Assembly (NCBI RefSeq): GCF_036321535.1
Contig: NC_087436.1
Coordinates: 1,860,001-1,924,000 of the forward strand
DNA: 64,000 nucleotides
Direction: 5' to 3'
Source: Camelus dromedarius
Taxonomy: Eukaryota
The translations under genes were made by a program, and so were the position numbers. The notes beneath the pieces were generated by a model. That model saw nothing but the letters and a program-made list of their open reading frames with translations. It was not told where the DNA came from and made no database searches. This document shows positions 1 to 13,900 of this stretch, piece by piece (position 1 is the stretch's first letter; the number at the start of each line of letters is the position of its first letter).

Positions 1-1259
1 TCTGGTTTCTCAGTCTGTTTCCTAGTGCCGGTTTGAAGTTCCTGCAGTTTTCATTGTAAAACCGAGTTGGGGCTAGTACCTACCCTTATATATGTATGGA
101 ATGGAGTTTGCATCTGAAAAGAAACTTTGTGTTCCCAACAAGGTAGTTGATGACTGCTTTCACACACACTTATGTCTGAGAACTGAGCATGTGGAGAGAC
201 GTTCGTTCATCTAGCACAAAGGGAACGGGTTGCAGGGGAAAGTTATTCTCTGGTTTCTCAGTCTGTTTCCTAGTGCCGGGTTGAAGTTCCTGCAGTTTTC
301 ACTGTAATACCGAGTTGTAGCTAGTACAGCCCATATATATGTATGGAGTGGAGTTTGCAACTGAAAAGAAACTTTGTGTTCCCAACAAGCAAGTTGAAGG
401 ACGGGTTTCACACACACATATCTCTCAGAACTGAGCATGTGGAGAGACGTTCGTTCATCTAGCACAAAGGGAACGGTTTGCAGAAGAAACTTTTTCTCTG
501 TATTCTCAGTCTGTTTCCTAGTGCCGGTTTGAAGTTCCTGCTGTTTTCATTGTAAAACCGTGTTGGGGCTAGTACCTACCCATATATATGTATGGAGTGG
601 AGTTTGCATCTGAAAAGAAACATTGTGTTCCCCACAATCTAGGTGAAGGACGGCTTTCACACACACTTATCTCTCAGAACTGAGCATATGGAGAGACGTT
701 CGTTCACCTAGGAAAAAGGGAACGAGTTGCAGGTGTAACTTTTACTCTGGTTTCACAGTATGTTTCCTAGTGCCATTTGGAAGTTCTTGCAGTTTTCACT
801 GTAATACAGAGTTGGAGCTAGTACCTCCCCATATATATGTATGGAGTGGAGTTTGCAACTGAAAAGAAACTTTGTGTTCCCAAAAAGCTAGGTGAAGGAC
901 GGCTTTCACACACACTTATCTCTCAGAACTGAGCATGTGGAGAGACGTTCGTTCACCTAGCAAAAATGGAACGAGTTGCAGTAGTAACTTTTACTCTGGT
1001 TTCCCAGTCTGTTTCCTAGTGCCATTTTGAAGTTCTTGCAGTTTTCACTGTAATACCGAGTTGGAGCTAGTACTTCCCATAAATATGTGTGAAATGGATT
1101 TTGCAACTGAAAAGAAACTTTGTGTTCCCAAGGAGCTAGGTGAAGGACGGCTTTCACACACAAATATCTCTCAGAACTGAGCATGTGGAGAGACATTCGT
1201 TATAAATCACAAAGGGAACGGGTTGCAGGAGAAATTTTTACTCTGGATTCTCAGTCTGT

Positions 1260-4200
1260 TTCCTAGTGCCGGTTTGAAGTTCCTGCAGTTTTCACTGTAA
1301 AACCGTGTTGGAGCTTGTACCTCCCCATATATATTTATGGAGAGGAGTTTACAACTGAAAAGAAACTTTGTGTTCCCAACAAGCTAGGTGAAGTGCGGCT
1401 TTCACACCCAATTATCTCTCAGAACTGAGCATGTGGAGAGTCATTCGTTCATCTAGCACAAAGTGAAAGGGTTGCAGGAGAAACTTTTACTATGGTTTCT
1501 CAGTCTGTTTCCAAGTGTCGGTTTGAAGTTCCTGCAGTTTTCATTGTAAAACCGAGTTGGGGCTAGTACCTACCCTTATATATGTATGGAATGGAGTTTG
1601 CATCTGAAAAGAGACTTTGTGTTCCCAACAAGGTAGTTGAAGACGGCTTTCACACACAATTATCTCTCAGAACTGAGCATGTGGAGAGAGGTTCGTTCAT
1701 CTAGCACAAAGGGAACGGGTTGCAGGAGAAAGTTATTCTCTGGTTTCTCAGTCTGTTTCCTAGTGCCGGGTTGAAGTTCCTGCAGTTTTCACTGTAAAAC
1801 AGAGTTTGGGCTTGTACCTCCCCATATATATATATGGAGTGGAGTTTGCAACAGAAAAGAAACTTTGTGTTCCCAACAAGCTATGTGAAGGACGGCTTTC
1901 ACACACACTTATCTCTCAGAACTGAGGATGTGGAGAGACGTTCGTTCACCTAGCAAAAATGGAACGAGTTGCAGGAGTAACTATTACTCTGGTTTCTCAG
2001 TCTGATTCCTAGTGCCATTTTGAAGTTCTTGCAGTTTTCACTGTAATACCGAGTTGGAGCTAGTACCTACCCATAAATATGTGTGGAGTGGAATTTGCAA
2101 CTGAAAAGAAACTTTGTGTTCCCAACAAGCTAGGTGAATGACGGCTTTCACACACAATTATCTCTCAGAACTGAGCATGTGGAGAGTCATTCGTTCATCT
2201 AGCACAAAGGGAACGGGTTTCAGGAGAAACATTTACTCTGGTTTCTCAGTCTGTTTCCTATTGCCGGTTTGAAGTTAATGAAGATTTCACTGTAAAACCG
2301 AGTTGGAGCTAGTACCTCCCCATATATATGTATGGAGTGGAGTTTGCAACTGAAAAGAAACATGTGTTCCCAACAAGCTAGTTGAAGGACGGCTTTCACA
2401 CACACTTATCTCTCAGAAATGAGCATGTGGAGAGACGTTCGTTCATCAAACAAAAAAGGGAACGGGTTGCAGGAGAAACTTTTACTCTGTTTCTCAGTCT
2501 GTTTCCTAGTGCCGGTTTGAAGTTCCTGCAGTTTTCACTGTAAAACCGAGTTGGGTCTAGTACCTCCCAATATATATTTATGGAGTGGAGTTTGCAACTG
2601 AAAAGAAACTTTGTGTTCCCAAAAAGCTAGGTGAAGGACGGCTTTCACACACACTTATCTCTCAGAAATGAGCATGTGGAGAGACGTTCGTTCATCAAGC
2701 ACAAAGGGAACGGGTTGCAGGAGAAACTTTTACTCTGTTTCTCAGTCTGTTTCCTAGTTCCGGTTTGAAGTTCCTGCAGTTTTCACTGTAAAACCGTGTT
2801 GGAGCTTGTACCTCCCCAAATACATTTATGGAGTGGAGTTTACAACTGAAAAGAAACTTTGTGTTCCCAACAAGGTAGGTGAAGTGCGACTTTCACACCC
2901 AATTGTCTCTCAGAACTGAGCATGTGGAGAGTCATTCGTTCATCTAGCACAAAGTGAAAGGGTTGCAGGAGAAACTTTTATTATGGTTTCTCAGTCTGTT
3001 TCCTAGTGTCGGTTTGAAGTTCCTGCAGTTTTCATTGTAAAACCGAGTTGGGGCTAGTACCTACCCTTATATATGTATGGAATGGAGTTTGCATCTTAAA
3101 AGAAACTTTGTGTTCCCAACAAGGTAGTTGAAGACGGCTTTCACACACAATTATCTCTCAGAACTGAGCATGTGGAGAGAAGTTCGTTCATCTAGCCCAA
3201 AGGAACGGGTTGCAGGAGAAAGTTATTCTCTGGTTTCTCAGTCTGTTTCCTAGTGCCGGGTTGAAGTTCCTGCAGTTTTCACTGTAAAACAGAGTTTGGG
3301 CTTGTACCTCCCCATATATATTTATGGATTGGAGTTTGCAACTGAAAAGAAACTTTGTGTTCCCAACAAGCTTGGTGAAGGACGGCTTTCACACACAATT
3401 ATCTCTCAGAAATGAGCATGTGGAGAGACGTTCGTTCATCTAGCACAAAGGGATCGGGTTGCAGGTTAAACTTTTACTCTGGTTTCTCAGTCTGTTTCCT
3501 AGTGCCGGTTTGAAGTTCCTGCAGTTTTCACAGTAAAACCGTGTTGGAGCTTGTACCTCCCCATATATATTTATGGAGAGGAGTTTACAACTGAAAAGAA
3601 ACTTTGTGTTCCCAACAATCTAGGTGAAGTGCGGCTTTCACACCCAATTATCTCTCAGAACTGAGCATGTGGAGAGTCATTCGTTCATCTAGCACAAAGT
3701 GAAAGGGTTGCAGGAGAAACTTTTACTATGGTTTCTCAGTCTGTTTCCAAGTGTCGGTTTGAAGTTCCTGCAGTTTTCATTGTAAAACCGAGTTGGGGCT
3801 AGTACCTACCCTTATATATGTATGGAATGGAGTTTGCATCTGAAAAGAAACTTTGTGTTCCCAACAAGGTAGTTGAAGACGGCTTTCACACACAATTATC
3901 TCTCAGAACTGAGCATGTGGAGAGAGGTTCGTTCATCTAGCACAAAGGGAACGGGTTGCAGGAGAAAGTTATTCTCTGGTTTCTCAGTCTGTTTCCTAGT
4001 GCCGGGTTGAAGTTCCTGCAGTTTTCACTGTAAAACAGATTTTGGGCTTGTACCTCCCCTTATATATATATGGAGTGGAGTTTGCAACTGAAAAGAAACT
4101 TTGTGTTCCCAACAAGCTATGTGAAGGACGGCTTTCACACACACTTATCTCTCAGAACTGAGCATGTGGAGAGACGTTCGTTCACCTAGCAAAAATGGAA

Positions 4201-6190
4201 CGAGTTGCAGGAGTAACTATTACTCTGGTTTCTCAGTCTGATTCCTAGTGCCATTTTGAAGTTCTTGCAGTTTTCACTGTAATACCGAGTTGGAGCTTGT
4301 ACCTCCCCATAAATATGTGTGGAGTGGAATTTGCAACTGAAAAGAAACTTTGTGTTCCCAACAAGCTAGGTGAATGACGGCTTTCACACACAATTATCTC
4401 TCAGAACTGAGCATGTGGAGAGTCGTTCGTTCATCTAGCACAATGGGAACGGGTTTCAGGAGAAACATTTACTCTGGTTTCTCAGTCTGTTTCCTATTGC
4501 CGGTTTGAAGTTAATGAAGATTTCACTGTAAAACCGAGTTGGAGCTAGTATCTCCCCATATATATGTATGGAGTGGAGTTTGCAACTGAAAAGAAACATG
4601 TGTTCCCAACAAGCTAGTTGAAGGACGGCTTTCACACACACTTATCTCTCAGAAATGAGCATGTGGAGAGACGTTCGTTCATCAAGCACAAAGGGAACGG
4701 GTTGCAGGAGAAACTTTTACTCTGTTTCTCAGTCTGTTTCCTAGACCCGGTTTGAAGTTCCTGCAGTTTTCACTGTAAAACCGAGTTGGAGCTAGTACCT
4801 CCCCATATATATGTATGGAGTGGAGTTTGCAACTGAAAAGAAACTTTGTGTTCCCAACAAGTTAGGTGAAGTACGGCTTTCACACACACTTATCTCTCAG
4901 AAATGAGCATGTGGAGAGACGTTCGTTCATCTAGCACAAAGGGAACGGGTTGCAGGTTAAACTTTTACTCTGGTTTCTCAGTCTGTTTCCTAGTTCCGGT
5001 TTGAAGTTCCTGCAGTTTTCACTGTAAAACCGTGTTGGAGCTTGTACCTCCCCATATATATTTATGGAGTGGAGTTTACAACTGAAAAGAAACTTTGTGT
5101 TCCCAACAAGGTAGGTGAAGTGCGGCTTTCACACCCAATTGTCTCTCAGAACTTAGCATGTGGAGAGTCATTCGTTCATCTAGCACAAAGTGAAAGGGTT
5201 GCAGGAGAAACTTTTACTATGGTTTCTCAGTCTGTTTCCTAGTGCCGGTTTGAAGTTCCTGCAGTTTTCATTGTAAAACAGAGTTGGGGCTAGTACCTAC
5301 CCTTATATATGTATGGAATGGAGTTTGCATCTGAAAAGAAACTTTGTGTTCCCAACAAGGTAGTTGAAGACGGCTTTCACACACACTTATCTCTCAGAAC
5401 TGAGCATGTGGAGAGAGGTTCGTTCATCTAGCACAAAGGGAACGGGTTGCAGGAGAAAGTTATTCTCTGGTTTCTCAGTCTGTTTCCTAGTGCCGGGTTG
5501 AAGTTCCTGCAGTTTTCACTGTAAAACAGAGTTTGGGCTTTTACCTCCCCATATTTATATATGGGGTGGAGTTTGCAACTGAAAAGAAACTTTGTGTTCC
5601 CAACAAGCTATGTGAAGGACGGCTTTCACACACACTTATCTCTCAGAACTGAGCATGTGGAGAGACGTTCGTTCACCTAGCAAAAATGGAACGAGTTGCA
5701 GGAGTAACTATTACTCTGGTTTCTCAGTCTGTTTCCTAGTGCCATTTTGAATTTCTTGAAGTTTTCACTGTAATACCGAGTTGGAGCTAGTACCTCCCCA
5801 TAAATATGTGTGGAGTGGAATTTGCTACTGAAAAGAAACTTTGTGTTCCCAACAAGCTAGGTGAAGGACGGCTTTCACACACAATTATCTCTCAGAACTG
5901 AGCATGTGGAGAGTCGTTCGTTCATCTAGCACAAAGGGAACGTGTTTCAGGAGAAACATTTACTCTGGTTTCTCAGTCTGTTTCCTATTGCCGGTTTGAA
6001 GTTAATGAAGATTTCACTGTAAAACCGAGTTGGAGCTAGTACCAACCCATATATATGTATGGAGTGGAGTTTGCAACTGAAAAGAACCATGTGTTCCCAA
6101 CAAGCTAGTTGAAGGACTTCTTTCACACACACTTATCTCTTAGAAATGAGCATGTGGAGAGACGTTCGTTCATCAAGCACAAAGGGAACG
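1260..6190. repeat. Local higher-order repeat domain with 6-3-6 monomer periodicity
   Basis: Variant AAGTGAAAGG occurs at 1461, 2952, 3697 and 5188 (spacings 1491, 745, 1491), each followed by the TACCCTTATA and AAAGTTATTC variant monomers in the same order. Confidence 0.85.
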
Positions 6191-9100
6191 GGTTGCAGGA
6201 GAAACTATTACTGTGTTTCTCAGTCTGTTTCCTAGTGCCGGTTTGAAGTTCCTGCAGTTTTCACTGTAAAACCGAGTTGGAGCTAGTACCTCCCCATATA
6301 TATTTATGGAGTGGAGTTTGCAACTGAAAAGAAACTTTGTTTTCCCAACAAGCTAGGTGAAGGACGGCTTTCAGACACAATTATCTCTCAGAATTGAGCA
6401 TGTGGAGAGTCATTCGTTCATCTAGCACAAAGGGAACGGTTTGCAGGAGAAACTTTTACTCTGGATTCTCAGTCTGTTTCCTAGTGCCGGTTTGAAATTC
6501 CTGCAGTTTTCACTGTAAAACCGAGTTGGAGCTAGTACCAACCCATATATATGTATGGAGTGGAGTTTGCAACTGAAAAGAAACTTTGTGTTCCCAACAA
6601 GCTAGGTGAAGGACGGCTTTCACACACACTTATCTCTCAGAAATGAGCATGTGGAGAGACGTTCGTTCATCTAGCAAAAAGGGAACAGGTTGCAGGGGAA
6701 ACTCTTACTCTGGTTTCTCAGTCTGTTTCCTAGTGCCAGTTTGAAGTTCCTGCAGTTTTCACTGTAAAACCGATTTGGAGCTAGTACCTCCCCATATATA
6801 TGTATGGAGTGGAGTTGGCAACTGAAAAGAAACTTTGTGTTACCAAGAAGCTAGGTGAAGGACGGCTTTCACACACACTTATCTGTCAGAACTGAGCATG
6901 TGGAGAGACGTTCGTTCATCAAGCACAAAAGGAACGGGCTGCAGGAGAACTTTTACTCTGTTTCTCAGTCTGTTTCCTAGTGCCGGTGTGAAGTTCCTGC
7001 AGTTTTCATTGTAAAACCGAGTTGGAGCTAGTACCTCCCCATATATATGTATGGAGTGGAGTTTGCAACTGAAAAGAAACTCTGTGTTCCCAAATAGCTA
7101 GGTGAAGGACGGCTTTCACACACAATTATCTCTCAGAACTGAGCATGTGGAGAGACTTTCGTTCACCTAGGAAAAAGGGAACGAGTTGCAGGGGTAAATT
7201 TTACTCTGGTTTCTCAGTATATTTCCTAGTGCCATTTTTAAGTTCTTGCAGTTTTCACTGTAATACCGATTTGTAGCTAGTACACCCCATATATATGTAT
7301 GGAGTGGAGATTGCAACTGAAAAGAAACTTTGTGTTCCCAACAAACAAGTTGAAGGACGGGTTTCACACACACATATCTCTCAGAACTGAGCATGTGGAG
7401 AGACGTTCGTTCATCTAGCACAAAGGGAACGGGTTGCAGAAGAAACTTTTTCTCTGTATTCTCAGTCTGTTTCCTAGTGCCGATTTGAAGTTCCTGCTGT
7501 TTTCACTGTAAAACCGAGTTGGGGCTAGTACCTCCCCATATATATGTATGGAGTGGAGTTTGCAACTGAAAAGAAACTTTCTGTTCCCAACAAGCTAGGT
7601 GAAGGACGGCTTTCACACACAATTATCTCTCAGAACTGAGCATGTGGAGAGACGTTCGTTCACCTAGGAAAAAGGGAACGAGTTGCAGGTGTAACTTTTA
7701 CTCTGGTTTCTCAGTATGTTTCCTAGTGCCATTTGGAAGTTCTTGCAGCTTTCACTGTCATACAGAGTTGGAGCTAGTATCTCCCCATATATATGTATGG
7801 AGTGGAGTTTGCAACTGAAAAGAAACTTTGTGTTCCCAAAAAGCTAGGTGAAGTACGGCTTTCACACACACTTATCTCTCAGAACTGAGCATGTGGAGAG
7901 ACGTTCGTTCACCTAGCAAAAATGGAACGAGTTGCAGTAGTAACTTTTACTCTGGTTTCCCAGTCTGTTTCCTAGTGCCATTTTGAAGTTCCTGCAGTTT
8001 TCACTGTAAAACCGAGTTGGGGCTAGTAACTACCCTTATATATGTATGGAGTGGAGTTTGAATCTGAAAAGAAACATTGTGTTCCCCACAAGCTAGTTGA
8101 AGGACGGCTTTCACACACACTTATCTCTCAGAACTGAGCATGTGAAGAGACGTTCGTTATAAATCACAAAGTTAACTGGTTGCTGGAGAAACTTTTACTC
8201 TGTTTCTCAGTCTGTTTCCAAGTACAGGTTTGAAGTTCCTGCAGTTTTCACTGTAAAACCGAGTTGGGGCTAGAACCTCCCCATATATATGTATGGAGTG
8301 GAGTTTGCAACTGAAAAGAAACTTTGTGTTCCCAACAAGCTAGGTGTAGGACGGCTTTCACACACACTTATCTCTCAGAACTGAGCATGTGGAGAGACGT
8401 TCGTTCAAAAATCACAAAGGGAACGGGTTGCAGGAGAAACTTTTACTCTGATTCCTCAGTCTGTTTCCTAGTGCCGTTTTGAAGTTCCTGCAGTTTTCAC
8501 TGTAAAACCGAGTTGGAGCTAGTACCTCCCAATATATATTTATGGAGTGGAGTTGGCAACTGAAAAGAAAATTTGTGTTCCCAAAAAGCTAGGTGAAGGA
8601 CGGCTTCCACACACACTTATCTCTCAGAACTGAGCATGTGGAGAGACGTTCGTTCACCTAGGAAAAAGGGAACGAGTTGCAGGTGTAACTTTTACTCTGG
8701 TTTCTCAGTTTGTTTCCTAGTGCCATTTGGAAATTCTTGCAGTTTTCACTGTAATACAGAGTTGGAGCTAGTACATCCCCATATATATTTATGGAGTGGA
8801 GTTTGCAACTGAAAAGAAACTTTGTGTTCCCAAATAGCTAGGTGAAGGACGGCTTTCACACACACTTATCTCTCAGAACTGAGCATGTGGAGAGACGTTC
8901 GTTCACCTAGCAAAAATGGAACGAGTTGCAGTAGTAACTTTTACTCTGGTTTCCCAGTCTGTTTCCTAGTGTCATTTTGAAGTTCTTGCAGTTTTCACTG
9001 TAATACCGTGTTGGAGCTAGTACTTCCCATAAATATGTGTGAAATGGATTTTGCAACTGAAAAGAAACTTTGTGTTCCCAAGAAGCTAGGTGAAGGACGG

Positions 9101-10959
9101 CTTTCACACACACTTATCTCTCAGATCTGATCATGTGGAGAGACCTTCGTTTATAAAGCACAAAGGGAACAGGTTGCAGGAGAAAGTTTTACTCTGTTTC
9201 TCAGTCTGTTTCCTAGTGCCGGTTTGAAGTTCCTGCAGTTTTCACTGTAAAACCGAGTTGGACCTAGGACCTCCCCATATATATGTATGGAGTGGAGTTG
9301 ACAACTGAAAAGTAACTTTGTGTTCCCAACAAGCTAGGTGAAGGACGGCTTTCACACACACTTATCTCTCAGAAATGAGCATGTGGAGAGACGTTCGTTC
9401 ATCTAGCGCAAAGGGAACGGGTGGCAGGTTAAACTTTTACTCTGGTTTCTCAGTCTGTTTCCTAGTGCCGGTTTGAAGTTCCTGCAGATTTCACTGTAAA
9501 ACCGTGTTGGAGCTAGTACCTCCCCATATATATTTATGGAGAGGAGTTTACAACTGAAAAGAAACTTTGTGTTCCCAACAAGCTAGTTGAAGGACGGCTT
9601 TCACACACAATTATCTCTCAGAACTGAGCATGTGGAGAGTCGTTCGTTCATCTAGCACAAAGGGAACGGTTTCCAGGAGAAACATTTACTCTGGTTTCTC
9701 AGTCTGTTTCCTATTGCCGGTTTGAAGTTAATGAAGATTTCACTGTAAAACCGAGTTGGAGCTAGTACCTTCCCATATATATGTATGGAGTGGAGTTTGC
9801 AACTGAAAAGAAACATGTGTTCCCAACAAGCTAGTTGAAGTACGGCTTTCACACACACTTATCTCTCAGAAATGAGCATGTGGAGAGACGTTCGTTCATC
9901 AAGCACAAAGGGAACGGGTTGCAGGAGAAACTTTTACTCTGTTTCTCAGTCTGTTTCCTAGTGCCGGTTTGAAGTTCCTGCAGTTTTCACTGTAAAACCG
10001 AGTTGGAGCTAGTAAGTCCCCATATATATGTATGGAGTGGAGTTTGCAACTGAAAAGAAACTTTGTGTTCCCAACAAGCTAGGTGAAGTACGGCTTTCAG
10101 ACACAATTATCTCTCAGAATTTAGCATGTGGAGAGTCATTCGTTCATCTAGCACAAAGGGAACGGTTTGCAGGAGAAACTGTTTCTCTGGATTCTCAGTC
10201 TGTTTCCTAGTGCCGTTTTGAAGTTCCTGCAGTTTTCATTGTAAAACCGAGTTGGGGCTAGTACCTACCCTTATATATGTATGGAATGGAGTTTGCATCT
10301 GAAAAGAAACTTTGTGTTCCCAACAAGGTAGTTGAAGACGGCTTTCACACACACTTATCTCTCAGAACTGAGCATGTGAAGAGAGGTTCGTTCATCTAGC
10401 ACAAAGGGAACGGGTTGCAGGAGAAAGTTATTCTCTGGATTCTCAGTCTGTTTCCTAGTGCCGGGTTGAAGTTCCTGCAGTTTTCACTGTAAAACAGAGT
10501 TTGGGCTTGTACCTCCCCAAATATATATATGGAGTGGAATTTGCAACTGAAAAGAAACTTTGTGTTCCCAACAAGCTAGGTGAAGGATGGCTTTCACACA
10601 CAATTATCTCTCAGAAATGAGCATGTGGAGAGTCGTTCGTTCATTTAGCACAAAGGGAACGGGTTTCAGGAGAAACATTTACTCTGGTTTCTCAGTCTGT
10701 TTCCTATTGCCGGTTTGAAGTTAATGAAGATTTCACTGTAAAACCGAGTTGGAGCTAGTACTTCCCCATATATATGTATGGAGTGGGGTTTGCAACTGAA
10801 AAGAAACATGTGTTCCCAACAAGCTAGTTGAAGTACGGCTTTCACACACACTTATCTCTCAGAAATGAGCATGTGGAGAGACGTTCGTTCATCAAGCACA
10901 AAGGGAACGGGTTGCAGGAGAAACTTTTACTCTGTTTCTCAGTCTGTTTCCTAGTGCCG

Positions 10960-13900
10960 GTTTGAAGTTCCTGCAGGTTTCACTGTAAAACCGAGTTGGA
11001 GCTAGTACCTCCCCATATATATGTATGGAGTGGAGTTTGCAACTGAAAAGAAACTTTGTGTTCCCAACAAGCTAGGTGAAGGACGGCTTTCAGACACAAT
11101 TATCTCTCAGAATTGAGCATGTGGAGAGTCATTCGTTCATCTAGCACAAAGGGAACGGTTTGCAGGAGAAACTTTTACTCTGGATTCTCAGTCTGTTTCC
11201 TAGTGCCGGTTTAAAGTTCCTGCAGTTTTCACTGTAAAACCGAGTTGGAGCTAGTACCAACCCATATATATGTATGGAGTGGAGTTTGCAACTGAAAAGA
11301 AACTTTGTGTTCCCAACAAGCTAGGTGAAGGACGGCTTTCACACACACTTATCTCTCAGAAATGAGCATGTGGAGAGACGTTTGTTCATCTAGCAAAAAG
11401 GGAACAGGTTGCAGGAGAAACTCTTACTCTGGTTTCTCAGTCTGTTTCCTAGTGCCAGTTTGAAGTTCCTGCAGTTTTCACTGTAAAACCGATTTGGAGC
11501 TAGTACCTCCCCATATATATGTATGGAGTGGAGTTTGCAACTGAAAAGAAACTTTGTGTTACCTAGAAGCTAGGTGAAGGACGGCTTTCACACACACTTA
11601 TCTCTCAGAACTGAGCATGTGGAGAGAAGTTCGTTCATCTAGCACAAAGGGAACGGGTTGCAGAAGAAACTTTTTCTCTGTATTCTCAGTCTGTTTCCTA
11701 GTGCCGGTTTGAAGTACCTGCTGTTTTCACTGTAAAACCGAGTTGGGGCTTGTACCTACCCATATATATGTATTTAGTGGAGTTTGCATCTGAAAAGAAA
11801 CATTGTGTTCCCCACAAGGTAGGTGAAGGACGGCTTTCACACACACTTATCTCTCAGAACTGAGCATGTGGAGAGACGTTCGTTCATCTAGCACAAAGGG
11901 AACGGGTTGCAGGAGAAACTTTTACTCTGGTTTCTCAGTCTGTTTCCTAGTGCCGGTTTGAAGTTCCTGCAGTTTTCACTGTAAAACCGAGTTGGAGCTA
12001 GTACCTCCTCATATATATGTATGGAGTGGAGTTTGCAACTGAAAAGAAACTTTGTGTTCCCAACAAGCTAGGTGAAGGACGGCTTTCACACACACATATC
12101 TCTCAGAACTTAGCATGTGGAGAGTCGTTCGTTCATAAATCACAAAGGGAACGGGTTGCAGGAGAAACTGTTACTCTGTTTCTCAGTCTGTTTCCTAGTG
12201 CCGGTTTGAAGTTCCTGCAGTTTTCACTGTAAAACCGAGTTGGGGCTAGTACCTCCCCATATATATGTATGGAGTGGAGTTTGCAACTGAAAAGAAACTT
12301 TGTGTTCCCAACAAGCTAGGTGAAGGACGGCTTTCACACACAATTAAATTTCAGAACTGAGCATGTGGAGAGACGTTCGTTCATAAATCACAAAAGGAAC
12401 GGGTTGCAGGAGAAACTTTTACTCTGTTTCTCAGTCTGTTTCCTAGTGCCGGTTTGAAGTTCCTGCAGGTTTCACTGTAAAACCGAGTTGGAGCTAGTAC
12501 CTCCCCATATATATGTATGGAGTGGAGTTTGCAACTGAAAAGAAACTTTGTGTTCCCAACAAGCTAGGTGAAGGACGGCTTTCAGACACAATTATCTCTC
12601 AGAATTGAGCATGTGGAGAGTCATTCGTTCATCTAGCACAAAGGGAACGGTTTGCAGGAAAAACTTTTACTCTGGATTCTCAGTCTGTTTCCTAGTGCCG
12701 GTTTGAAGTTCCTGCAGTTTTCACTGTAAAACCGAGTTGGAGCTAGTACCAACCCATATATATGTATGGAGTGGAGTTTGCAACTGAAAAGAAACTTTGT
12801 GTTCCCAACAAGCTAGGTGAAGGACGGCTTTCACACACACTTATCTCTCAGAAATGAGCATGTGGAGAGACGTTTGTTCATCTAGCAAAAAGGGAACAGG
12901 TTGCAGGAGAAACTCTTACTCTGGTTTCTCAGTCTGTTTCCTAGTGCCAGTTTGAAGTTCCTGCAGTTTTCACTGTAAAACCGAGTTGGAGCTAGTACCT
13001 CCTCATATATATGTATGGAGTGGAGTTTGCAACTGAAAAGAAACTTTGTGTTCCCAACAAGCTAGGTGAAGGACGGCTTTCACACACACATATCTCTCAG
13101 AACTTAGCATGTGGAGAGTCGTTCGTTCATAAATCACAAAGGGAACGGGTTGCAGGAGAAACTGTTACTCTGTTTCTCAGTCTGTTTCCTAGTGCCGGTT
13201 TGAAGTTCCTGCAGTTTTCACTGTAAAACCGAGTTGGGGCTAGTACCTCCCCATATATATGTATGGAGTGGAGTTTGCAACTGAAAAGAAACTTTGTGTT
13301 CCCAACAAGCTAGGTGAAGGACGGCTTTCACACACAATTAAATTTCAGAACTGAGCATGTGGAGAGACGTTCGTTCATAAATCACAAAAGGAACGGGTTG
13401 CAGGAGAAACTTTTACTCTGTTTCTCAGTCTGTTTCCTAGTGCCGGTTTGAAGTTCCTGCAGGTTTCACTGTAAAACCGAGTTGGAGCTAGTACCTCCCC
13501 ATATATATGTATGGAGTGGAGTTTGCAACTGAAAAGAAACTTTGTGTTCCCAACAAGCTAGGTGAAGGACGGCTTTCAGACACAATTATCTCTCAGAATT
13601 GAGCATGTGGAGAGTCATTCGTTCATCTAGCACAAAGGGAACGGTTTGCAGGAAAAACTTTTACTCTGGATTCTCAGTCTGTTTCCTAGTGCCGGTTTGA
13701 AGTTCCTGCAGTTTTCACTGTAAAACCGAGTTGGAGCTAGTACCAACCCATATATATGTATGGAGTGGAGTTTGCAACTGAAAAGAAACTTTGTGTTCCC
13801 AACAAGCTAGGTGAAGGACGGCTTTCACACACACTTATCTCTCAGAAATGAGCATGTGGAGAGACGTTTGTTCATCTAGCAAAAAGGGAACAGGTTGCAG

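Noticed and set aside
331..345. TATA-like element (CATATATATGTATGG) as a promoter
   Set aside because: It is part of every monomer with no downstream gene, and there is no evidence of promoter function from sequence.
11878..11907. CENP-B box-like TTCG...CGGG
   Set aside because: The canonical box is NTTCGNNNNANNCGGGN, with 7 nt between TTCG and CGGG. Here the gap is 20 nt.
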